Below, one piece after another: positions 1-10,636 of a DNA stretch of 64,000 nucleotides. The notes under the pieces were generated by a model, which was not told the DNA's origin, did no database searches, and saw only the letters and a program-made list of their open reading frames with translations. Position numbers and translations under genes: made by a program. Numbering within the stretch: position 1 is the first letter of the stretch; every line of letters starts with the position of its first letter. Source of the stretch: Rhodosorus marinus CCMP1338 (Eukaryota > Plantae > Rhodophyta); the NCBI GenBank assembly GCA_029953675.1, contig JAMWBK010000008.1:1922001-1986000 (forward strand), given 5' to 3'.

Positions 1-241
1 TCAACACTCTGCCGTCCAGAGACAGTTCATATTTCCTATCGCCAGTCGGAGCGAACACTATTGCGCGGAGTTTTCCGTCGTCATCAAGGTCAAGTGTCAC
101 CTTATCCCGCAACCAATCCCCCTTCAGCACTGCCCGTCCCTTCTCCTCACACGAAAACTCACATGCCCACAACCCACTCTTCACACTCTCCTCAAATCGA
201 TCTGTCCCAAGTTCAACCACACCCAATTGCCTCACACTCAT
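1..241 (-). CDS. Probable 5' part of an unknown gene running off the window edge (MSVRQLGVVELGTDRFEESVKSGLWACEF...YELSLDGRVL)
   Basis: My translation gives an open minus-strand frame from ATG at 241 to base 1 with no stop. It is absent from the ORF track because no stop is reached. No family recognised. Confidence 0.45.
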   Translation of the reverse strand, partial: MSVRQLGVVELGTDRFEESVKSGLWACEFSCEEKGRAVLKGDWLRDKVTLDLDDDGKLRAIVFAPTGDRKYELSLDGRVL

Positions 242-1750
242 CCTAATAATCTCCAAAATCCACCCATACACATACCCAAAACGCCGACTACCAGATCACA
301 AGCCCAGCCAAACTCAAAACCTTCATCCCGACACCACTCCCCTCCCTGCTCCCCCACCCCCAACCCCCCAAAAACTCAACTGGTACAGTCACAACCCTTT
401 TATCCTCCTAAATCAACTACTCACTACAGAGACATCCAGCTCAGATACCTCACCAGCCAACTTCACTGACCACTTCCAAACTTCCTTCCCCCACCTCCAC
501 CCCCGCACCTCCACGTCCTCGTTCACCAGCCCAGCTCTTCGGGCAAACCCACCCCAATGAATAGCTCCCTCCTCCTCGAGCTCCTTTACTTCCCACCTAT
601 AAGGGTTTTGCACCAATACCAAAATATCCTAACTTAAGTAAATATTTGACCATAATAATACTCTAAACGGGATTTTTATAGTATTATTGAATAAATATTT
701 AGGACTGAATGTGGATAAGGTAAAGCCGTTACTAAATGTATTTAAAAAATTTAAAACTTTGGACAGCTGTCCTGTTCGAGATATCTTGTTTCCTTTAAGT
801 AGAGAGATCATTGCCCTGATTTAAACGGTGGATGACTGCGACTTTGTGTTTGTGTGGAATGAGTGAGTAAGAGCTGGCTTGGATTTAGGGCAAGACACCG
901 GTAATCTCGTTAGACACTTTACGATGACCCGTACTGATCTGAGTCTAGTTTCCCCTGAAGGCATTGGGGATTTCACTCCGGCACTGATCCCCCCAAGTGG
1001 GGAAGAGCTCGTTTTGCTTTGACAATCGATTCAGTAGGGAAGGTCTTAGGTTGCGTCAGGGGATGCTCGCAACAACTGGCCAACAAGAGAGGGAGAAGGC
1101 TCGAGCTCTCACAAACCGGACTTGGACTGATTCATGGCCTGGACAACTGGGGAACTTTCTCCGGTAAGCCCAGACCAAGGTCCCGTGCGGATCGCAAGGT
1201 GTTCATGATAAGCGATTCATCTGCACCGGAATTGGGGTCGAAACGTCTATGATCGCAGTGGTGTCTCTGTAATCCTTCTCACTACTGCTCCAGTTTTCTG
1301 TAGAGAGACAAGCTTCCCAGAGTTTTGGGGCAGCCTTGATCCGCTTACTCAATTAAGTGTGTCCATTCTTTTGATCATAGTAGTCGTGCAGCGAGATTGC
1401 GGAGGAAACGGTGGAAACCCAATTCTGAGTTTCGGTCCTGCTGCTGACATATCACAGTAGGGGAGTTTTTATCAACTCCGAATGAACAATGTCCTTAGGA
1501 GAAGACCGCAACTTGTTTCAATGAAAGCCATATCTGTTTTCTGTATTAAACTTGAAGAACCATGAGCGTCGACGCATACGCCTGTACGCCCTCGAAAGCA
1601 GTTCATATGCTAGCAGAGCCTTTCTGTGATGATCCACGGGTCGAACAATAAATACTGTGGTGGATCCCCACCGCCGGAATTTGAGACTAGCCTCTCGTGC
1701 GGTGGCTAGATACTGCTTCAGCTATGTCCACCTGGATGTTTCCGATTCAG

Positions 1751-2465
1751 TCACATGTCATCATCCTCAGGCACGGGAGTCGAGAAAATGCAGGAATCCG
1801 CTCCATCGAATATTGTCTGATCTCGAGAAATTTCCCCGCTGTGACCTGACCGATGAAGACCCTCGCCGTCAAAAACTACGGAAAGGTTGGGTCTCGGTTC
1901 TGAGAAATGTGGGTATGGAAGCTTCCATCTGGCTTACCAGCTAGCTTCTGAAATGCGCTCTTCTCGAGTATGCAGCAGATTCGCGTGAGCTGTGGTGCTT
2001 TCATGTCTGTGAAGAAACGGTTCACCATGCAGCGACCCAGCTTCAGCATCATCCGATCATCCACAATCTGCAGGCTAGGGCTAAAGGCTTCCCCGTATTC
2101 ACCCGCGCGCAGCTCGAACACCTTCGTCAACCTTGTTTTCCTGCTCGGATGCAGCGCTGACTCAAGCCAATGAGCAGCCCTGGAGAGCCTGCAGGGTTTC
2201 AAAAACAACGGAGCTAAACTTCAATTCTTCCGATGTCAGCGAAATGGTAGAACCAATTCCAACGCGACACCCCATCTTACCACGCATCTAGAGCTACCTC
2301 TTTATTCGCGGCTCTTTCCAGAATCTCAAGTATTTGCTGGTCATCTCTCGTCGGCTTCAGGCATCTGACAACACATTCGGGAAAAATCGGCCAACGGGAC
2401 CAAGTATTAGTTGCTTTTCCAGCTTGAAAATTTCCAAGTCTTGAATCCGTGGGAACAGAGGACAA
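1751..2465 (-). CDS. Hypothetical 3-exon orphan gene (~186 aa), possibly the 5' part of a pseudogene
   Basis: Exons 2465-2281, 2188-1938 and 1875-1751 are joined in phase by GTAAG...CAG (92 nt) and GTAAG...TAG (62 nt) introns. These link ORFs 2277..2465 and 1876..2208. No homolog recognised. Confidence 0.45.
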
Positions 2466-2747
2466 ACATAGGGAGGCCTGTTCCCCTTCAAGCTACTCCA
2501 AAACTGCCGTACTTACAAATAGCTCGCGTACACCACCGATGCAATCGCCCTGTCGAGTGTGAAATGTAAATGCCATATTAAGTACCTCCAAATTTCATAT
2601 ACTAATTGAATTCGTTAACAGTGAAAGTACATATATCGTATAATAGTCTATAAGTTCACGATAGGCATATCGGTGTGGACGAGGGAGTTGGGAAAGAAGG
2701 CTTACAAGCTGTGTCGAGAAGACGAGTCTACCAGGCGCGTCATGTTG

Positions 2748-3304
2748 TCAGTGAAAGTCCTGTTGGAAAGCACCCGCGATGAGTCGTGTTGTTTTTGGAT
2801 GTTTTGCTGCGGTGGGACTTTGCAGCTGGTTTGGTTTTGTTTTTCTCAAGTATTGTATGGGGTACTTTCTTGAAGAGAGAAAACGTACATTCTGGCGACG
2901 ATTTCAGCATCCTCTTTAAGCTTTCTCTGCTCCTCTGGCTTGAGGCCTTCCATCACCCGTACCAAGAAGTCGTTTCGTTCAACCAGCAACAATTTGTCCT
3001 TCCACAGTTTCCGCCCGTATTCGATCTTCGCAAATTTATCGTTCAATACTTCATCCTTGGTCCGGTCTAGTTCATAGTGCGGAGGGTCTTTTGGGGTATT
3101 AGGTCTGAAATCGTCTGCGATCTGTCGCTCTCGCTCCACCGTTCTAAATAAACCCTTTACCAACTCCTTGTCCTTCGATCCCGACTCCATCCATCTCACA
3201 GGTACGCTGTTAATCAAAGCCCGAGACCCAATCAACCTCAGCCTGCGCTCTCCCAAACATCGAATCATCTTGCCAGCGCAAGGGAACACAACACAGTCAC
3301 GCAA
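2748..3304 (-). CDS. Hypothetical protein with a mitochondrial-presequence-like N-terminus, weakly mL40-like
   Basis: 152-aa ORF with a basic N-terminus (MIRCLGERRLRLIGSRAL). A GTACGT...AAG intron at 2888-2818 gives an in-frame last exon IPTAAKHPKTTRLIAGAFQQDFH*. The family assignment is only an impression. Confidence 0.5.
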
Positions 3305-4460
3305 CCTATGATCCTCGGCGGCTACGTCTCATCTCCAGGTTCCAAACCCCATCATCCCTCGTACCTAATTCATAGGTGGACAACGCAGTCCTTAAACGGC
3401 GTCAGCGAAGAGGTTTGAAGCAGATCAAGCTCATTCAACTAGGTGCACTTCTCCCGTTTCTTAGACCAAAACTCTCTGTTTCAAGAGCTAGGAGCCCATT
3501 CCACCTTCTGCCTCGCTACTTCCCACAAACTTCCGAAATACTATAATCGTAAGTCCAATTCTCCCAGTACTTCCCAACCTTACATCAGTCCAAGTCTTCT
3601 GAACTACTTCCCCAAACTCTTAACCGAAGCCTCGAGATACCCCTCCGCAGCAGCCGGCGTGACCATTTTCATCAAGATGGGAAGACGTCTCCTCCATAGA
3701 TATCCAAATTGGGTAAATTCGAATTGAAGAATGCTTTGCACCAGGGATAAGCAGCCAGTTCTAGTCGCCAGGTAAGGAGTAAGGAGCGGACTAGCATTTC
3801 CCAATCGGCATCCAAGGGTACATGCTAACATGGCATCCTTCGGAAAGTAGTACAATTTCGCCATCGGATGAACGACTAAACGGCCACCGTTGAGCCGCAC
3901 AAACCAGAGAGGGAGAGCTCTTAATGGCTTTTCAGTCTGCAAGTTTGGAACTCGATAAGAATCAAAAGCAGTGGTGTTTTTTTTGTGTGTCTAGCTCTAC
4001 ATTCAAAAGGCTATCCCTAGTCGTTGCAACGACTTGTGAAAGGCTCGAAGTGCGGTACTACTCTGAGGTCAGCCACACTCGACTTGTGGACTCAGCCACG
4101 ACTGCCTTGGGAGGTAAGCAAGAAAAAATATTGTACTGTCCATTGCAACAACGCACTAAAACCCATCCACCGAGGGGACGGCACCCTCGACCTCCAATAA
4201 CGTCCTCGCATGTTTCCTGGTGCTCAGAGCTTCTATTCAAGAGTAGCTCTCTTCGGATCTGATTTCGTTCAGGCTTCTACATCCGTTATTGTGTCTTTTA
4301 TATTACTTGTTGTACAAAGGTAGGCTTGGAATTACCATGCCAACGTATACGGAAAATAAACCTCTAGTTGGGTCCGGCGGATGTCATCAGGAAGGTGGTC
4401 ATGCCTCGGTCGCAACAATCTCGTCTTCCATAAAACCGTTCAGAACAATGACTACCAACG

Positions 4461-5756
4461 TTACGTCGCCGTCGCACTGCGTTGCTGTATCGTCTTCATG
4501 ATTGCTTCATGAGCATCAGCTGCGACAATCTGCGCGGGGTCAGAGGGGTCGTTCCCTTCGCCTTCGAAACAGCCTAAGTTGGTATGGAATTAAGGTTGTG
4601 GGTATCAGAGAATGACTAGGCTACTCTGCAAACGGCAGAGAGTAGCATTACCTGTGCGAACAAGAACGGAAACCCATTTCCCTCCCGCATTGTTGGCTCC
4701 TCTCGCATCAGCTTCAGGATTATCCCCGATCTGTTATAGAGGCGCCCAAGACGTTGGGTTTCGTTTTTAAGGATACTGATAGGGGAAGGAAGCAAACATC
4801 GGATAGGCAAACATCACTGACCCCATAGATCGTATCGAGATCAGCAAATCCCATCGATCTCGCACGTTCGAGTAGAAGCTTCTCGACAAACTCGTACTGC
4901 GATTTTTGCGGCTTGCCGAACATCGTGTAAACTAGTGGGCGTCCAAATCGTCTTAGGAAAACGGCCTCGAGAGCAGTAAGAAACGCTCCTTGCGCGAATC
5001 TTGGAAGGTGATACTCGTTCACGAACACAAAATCTGGATTCGCCACGTACATTGGGACGACCTGGTGAGGATGCAGCGGTCTGTACTCAGATCCATCTGA
5101 ACCCAGGATATCGCAAAGAAGTTGGATATCTCGTCCCCAATTTCTGGAGTCGTGCATGAGGAAGACTCCCGAGACTTTGAGCTCAGTAAGCGATGCGTCG
5201 ATAGGCTCTCCTTCTCCTTCGAGCATTGTGTTCGGAGTCACCTATGCGGATATTATACGCGCCTTTTAGTGAGATCAGTGTGAGCACAGGATCGGGGAAA
5301 ACAAAACAAAAAAACACCAACCAGCGGCTGTTGAATCGCAAAGTCATCAATAAGGATTGCTCGCTTGAAGCCATATCCTCTGGCAACGTGGACACAGGCT
5401 CTTTTTCCCACGCAAACGACGACAGAGTCCTTCGAACTATTATATTCCGCTGCCATTGCTCTCATCGGAGTGTGGCTAAGGACAACCTGATCCGGTGATA
5501 TCTCTATTCCGCAAAGCTTGGATACCTCTTCAGCCTTCTGCGACTCAGTCAGGCCGCCGCTGTTGGTTAGGAACATCACAGGGTACTGAAACTCCCGCGA
5601 GCCAGGCTTCAAGAGCGCCCGAAGCGCGTCACGGCCAGCCGGGATCGGTGTCTTTCCACGTACCAAGACGCCATCTATATCAAATACGTACCCGGGAACA
5701 GATCCACGAAGAGCTGTTGAGAGTCGTCGACAAAGCAAACCACTCAGCGCTCTCAT
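4461..5756 (-). CDS. HDHD5: HAD-superfamily class IIA hydrolase (HDHD5/CECR5-like), 4 exons
   Basis: Motifs FDIDGVL, FLTNSG, GKP and IGDNPEAD (the last after splicing). GT-AG introns include 5321-5242. Last exon GCFEGEGNDPSDPAQIVA...ATAT*, stop at 4461-4463. Confidence 0.9.
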
Positions 5757-5789
5757 CGTTCTAAAAGGTGATCAACGACTGTACCTGTA

Positions 5790-6275
5790 CCCCCCAGCCT
5801 GTCTTTGAATCGATTAGTCTCAACCAGGTCGAGCTATTAAGAGCCAGTTTGGCAGTGCTAAGGGACTTCATCGTGGACGTCACGAATTGCATATTTAGCG
5901 TACCAGAAACTAGAAACGTGGGACTTAATCTTGGCAGGGTCTGTCGGTCAGGTGCCACTCCCGACAGTGTATCCCAGAGATCTGGTTTCCGGTACGGGAA
6001 GGGTCCAGATGTGCCTGGACCCTTCCCGGTCGGTTGGTAGCTCCGTGCGAGGTTGGGATAGCAGATCGGTACCGTCTTGCACTAGGCTTCTTTGTCCAGC
6101 ACCGCAGAGAGCTGCTACCTTAGACGCTCTGTAATATTGCAGAAGAAGGGTTTCACCAGTTGCCATGTCTCCTACTTGAATATCCGTTAAGGATGCTCTC
6201 GATAGCCTCCGCTTGTTTGCGTGTTGTACTTGCCCAGCGCTCTAGGGGTCGATTTTACATCGGCTGGAGCGACAA
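5790..6275 (-). mobile_element. Highly decayed Ty3/gypsy pol relic (RT to RNase H)
   Basis: Broken minus-strand fragments occur in pol order: VAPADVKST..LGKY, VPETRSLGYTVGSG*PTDPAKIK (compare IPETRYLGHLVGSG in the Ty3 piece at ~17040), and LIDSKTGWG (DAS-x-x-GWG-like). Confidence 0.5.
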
Positions 6276-6668
6276 GCTGACTAAATTTCACGTCAAATTC
6301 TCTTTGATCTTGCTCGTTTTCGAAGTCATTCCCTTGCTGCCTGGACCACTGTGGAAGATAATCGCGCCTGAGCTCCAATCTGTAAGCTCAATCATTATAA
6401 ATATCAGTCATTATCATTCGATGCGTTATTTTTGAATTTTAAACTGATATTAAATGTTTATTATTTTTTAGAAGGCGAGTATAGTCTTGCTCTCTCACCT
6501 TGGTCCGGCAGCTGTGCCTGAGCAGATGCGGGTTTGCGCCTCCCCGGAAGATGACATGGAGATGAAACTGGAAAAAAATTTGCAAGGATTGGTGGGTGAG
6601 TGCAGGTGACTACTTAATGTCCTGTGTGATTTTGCTCGTCACCCCTGTCTCCTCCAAGAAGCAGGGAA

Positions 6669-7763
6669 ATGACTGAGAACGTTGTAAAGGAGTTCATTGG
6701 AGAACTGCGGAGGTCTTTGACCTCCACAGCGGAGCGTAGTGAGGCATTGAGAATGTCCGTAACGACGTCATCTATGAACGCAATATATAACCCGAAATTT
6801 GCGCTTGAATCTGCCGGGGAGATTGGGCGTCGAGCTGATCGGCTCCAAGCTGAAGCAACCCGGTTCGCTGTATTCTGCTCAGAGTCGCCGTCAATGGAGA
6901 GTCTGACCAAACTTATTCTGTCTGCCCTTGACGAGGGAGACAAGTTGGTCTCTCAGATGGAGATCGGCTTTTCAGAGTATGGGTATGTACCTCCGCCTTA
7001 CCTAGAAACGGAGAAGCTTCCGAACACTTCAGATAACGAACTCGATGATCTCTTGAGAGTCAATAAAACCTCAGAGACTACTCCTGAAAAAGAAAGCAAG
7101 GGGTTGATTGAAGTTGAAGAGGAACTGAACAAGACCCCGAGCTTGGCCGACTTCGGCATCTCACGGGCCGAAGTGGAGAACCTGGTTAGAGCTACGACGC
7201 AGAAAACCAAGGCCAGGGAACAACCGGATGATTCAGATTCCTCTCAGTTGCTCTCAGATCATGGACTATCCATGCCGTTTGATCCCGAACTGTTGCCAGA
7301 ATTTGACAAGCCTGAGGTCGTCGCCGAAAAAGAGCTTTCCAGAGTGGTCCGGACTACTCTAGACTTCGACGACAGTACGTAGCCCTCTCCTTTCTAATAC
7401 AGCAATTCTCGCAGTTCAGAATTGTGACGAATCTGATCATGAAACGCGTGGCTGAACCTTCCAGGTGAGATCGATGATATCGTCCCGGAAGAACGGTACA
7501 AGACAATGGTATCGGCCTTCACAAGGTCGCGGGCACCGGTGGAGATGATCCGAAGCATCGTGTCCAGACTTAGAAAGAAGTACGGCTCTGATGCATCAGA
7601 GATATTCATCTCTCAAGAAGAGCTCGACAAAGAGTTGAGCGTAGCGAGCACCTCCGTGAAAGCGCTGTCGCTTGCGCTTACGCAGATGAAGCTCGTTGCA
7701 ATCAAGCGAACTCCAACAGAGTGCGGGTATCTTTGGTGTGGAGGTTTTCCTGTCCTCGCGTAA
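6669..7763 (+). CDS. SKA3: Spindle and kinetochore-associated protein 3-like (Ska3), 2 exons
   Basis: N-terminal coiled coil and a TPSLADFGIS motif typical of Ska3. A 90-nt GTACGT...CAG intron (7375-7464) joins ORFs 6669..7382 and 7506..7763 in frame. Confidence 0.55.
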
Positions 7764-8313
7764 GAGGAATGCGGAGATATTGACCACAGCCTTTGAGGGT
7801 GCTGTGCCAAAGCACCAGTTCCTTCTTGCGTTTTTTTTTCTTGCACGTTTTACTCAACCCTGGCTCGCTTTGCTGAGCTGGTCTTCTTCTATGAATGCAC
7901 GAAGCCATGGGCCTTCAGAAGGTAGGCTCGCGCGATACATATGGCTTTTGAAACTCAATTTCGTTGTCCAAGAAATACCTTCCGGGACAAGGCAGGAGAT
8001 CCTTCAAGACGAGAAGAATATTAATAAATGCATATGTAGAGCCGATTCTGTACCAGCCGTGTAGTTAGTACGCTGCAGTTTCCCCGTCAGGCCACCTCGT
8101 GTGGGCCTCTAAATCACGCACCGGGCCGTGGGCAGATTCAATGCGTCCTTAGCCATGAATCTCCCACGGATGGGCTTCTGTGCTTGATAGATAATCTTAC
8201 AGCGCTGAGCTCTTCGCTTTGTCTGCCAAGTTTCGTCAGCTCGTTTGGATAGCGTGCGGGAAGGTTTGCTCCAGTATCAGAGAAAGCAAGGGCTTGATAC
8301 CACCAATAAAGGC

Positions 8314-8365
8314 TATATCAGTGGGGGTAATGAGCTAGTAAAATTCTCATTACCCCACTGATATA
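8314..8365. repeat. Inverted repeat: ~20-bp stem with 11-nt loop
   Basis: TATATCAGTGGGGGTAATGAG / CTCATTACCCCACTGATATA, perfect apart from one extra G. Confidence 0.9.
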
Positions 8366-8452
8366 CAAATGCGGCGACTTTCATACATGGTCTGTTCACC
8401 AACACTTCCTGAGATACAAATTCGGCGACGTTCAATACTAGGTCTGTTCACC
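8363..8452. repeat. Two imperfect ~39-bp direct repeats next to the hairpin
   Basis: ATACAAATGCGGCGACTTTCATACATGGTCTGTTCACC at 8363 and ATACAAATTCGGCGACGTTCAATACTAGGTCTGTTCACC at 8414. Confidence 0.8.
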
Positions 8453-8653
8453 TTGTTTGGGGATAAAATAGTTTACGAAAATTGATATCCATCCATATTT
8501 AAGATTTTTCGAACCTGTGAAATCTTAGATTACTGTCGATAAGGAATGGACATCGGTGAAGCCGTAGCTGGTTGGACCGGGCGCCGAGGTGCTCACGCAG
8601 GATAGCTGGGTCGATGATGTTCGAGGAGACTTCGGCCTTGGATATTTCCAGAA

Positions 8654-10166
8654 ATGTCCCGCTCTTTAATTGTACAGTTTAAGAATAGTGAACATGAGGT
8701 CAGTGGGCCGACGGTCGATGTGCCATTGGACTCGAGCGTGGACCAGCTGACGACGCTACTGAACCAGATTCTGGAGAACGAGGAGAGACTCCCGTATCTT
8801 TTCTATGTGCTAAAGGAGAACAAACAAGAGGTTGAGATCGTTGATGGCATCCATGAAGCTATTTCCTCAGCGTCGCATTCTACGGAAACGGTACTTTCGA
8901 TTCGCTTCGTTCCACAGGCCTTGTTTCGAGTTCGACCGGTAACTAGGTGCACAGCGACGCTTCCCGCACACGCCGAGGCCATCCTCACTGTTCAGTTCTC
9001 CCCAAACGGAGCTGACCTCGCAACTGGCTCTGGAGATACCACAGTTAGGCTTTGGGATGTTTCGTCTCAGACACCACGACGGAAATTGGAGGGTCATAAA
9101 GGCTGGGTTTTGTGTGTCGCCTGGTCACCAGATGCAAACCTCCTTGCTTCTGGATCCATGGACTCGACGGTATAACCTTGCTCTTACACTTGAAATACGA
9201 ATCATTGCCTTGTTGGTTTTACTAAGTATGGTACTTATCACTCTTCCATGTCCACAGGTGATCATTTGGGGTCCCAGGGAAGCAATCCGAAGAACTCACT
9301 TGAAAGGACATAAAAAGTGGATCTCAAGCATCTGTTGGGAGCCTTTACATCGATGTCGAAGTGGCCAAAGTGAACGTCTGGCATCTGGTTCTGAAGATTG
9401 TAAAGTGAGGATCTGGCATGCTCTTAGTGGACGCTGTGAGTTTGTACTCAGTGGTCATACAAAAGCGATAACATGTGTAAGATGGGGAGGAGAAGGTCTG
9501 ATTTATTCGTCATCGCAGGATCGGACGATCAAAGTCTGGAGCGATGCAGATGGAAGTCAGGTTCGGTCGTTACAAGGACATGGGCATTGGGTCAATACAA
9601 TGGCATTGAGCACTGACTATGCCCTAAGATGTGGCGTGTTTGACATCCAGCGGAGAACGGCTCCAAGTACACCTGCGGAGGGCAAGCTGCTGGCCATGGA
9701 GATGTACAATACCGCCAAGCGGGACCGTCCGGAGAAGCTGGTTTCCGGATCGGATGACTTCACCCTGCAACTGTGGGAGCCAGCGACTTCCGGAAAACCT
9801 CTCTCCAGGATGACCGGACATCAGCAGCTCGTGAACATGGTCGCCTTCAGTCCGGATCAGGAGTTTATAGCGAGTTCTTCCTTCGACAAATCTGTTAGGC
9901 TCTGGCATGCATCCACTGGGAACTTCATTACGACCCTGCGTGGCCACGTTGCAGCTGTATATCAAATCGCATGGTCAGCTGATAGCAGGCTTCTACTGAG
10001 CTCCTCAAAAGACAGTACCGTTAAAGTGTGGGAACTGAGGACTAGGAAACTAAAAGTGGACCTCCCTGGCCACGCCGATGAGGTCTATTCCGTTGATTGG
10101 AGCCCCGACGGAACCAAAGTGGCCAGCGGTGGAAAGGACAAGGTTCTGAAACTATGGCAGAACTAG
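8654..10166 (+). CDS. NLE1: Notchless/Rsa4 ribosome assembly factor (NLE domain plus WD40 repeats), 2 exons
   Basis: NLE ubiquitin-like N-terminus, QALFRVRPVTRC motif and tandem WD40 repeats. One 88-nt GT-AG intron at 9170-9257. Confidence 0.95.
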
Positions 10167-10636
10167 GCTGTTTCTTCGCCCTCCTTACCGGTGCAGTTTT
10201 GTTTGCCGCCGTGTAGGAGAACGAATTGGCTGCTGCGGATATCCAAAAGAGTTTTCCAAAACAAGGAGTCGCGAGGGGTAAGAAAGTGGAGGCACGGTGT
10301 TTTGAGAGGATGCGGACTGTTTCCTATCTGCTCTACGGCTATCCTAGAATGGTAGATCGCTCGCCGAGCACATCTCAGCTGTTGCACCCACTGGGTAGGG
10401 AACGGCGCTTGTTGCATTCATGTATGCTTGTTTGGAGTAGAAAGCAGCAGCTTCGCGAGTGCAGGCTGGAAGACAATTTTCGCGTCGACCGGCACTCGGC
10501 TGCAGGGTTGCCGCTGGATAGAAGCAATTTGCTCATAACTTTACACAGACGTAGATATAACAGAAGTCTACAAACGAATAGGCCTGCACAACGAACTACC
10601 CGCTCCTAATTCAATTTCGCCCTCCTACTGCGAGAC

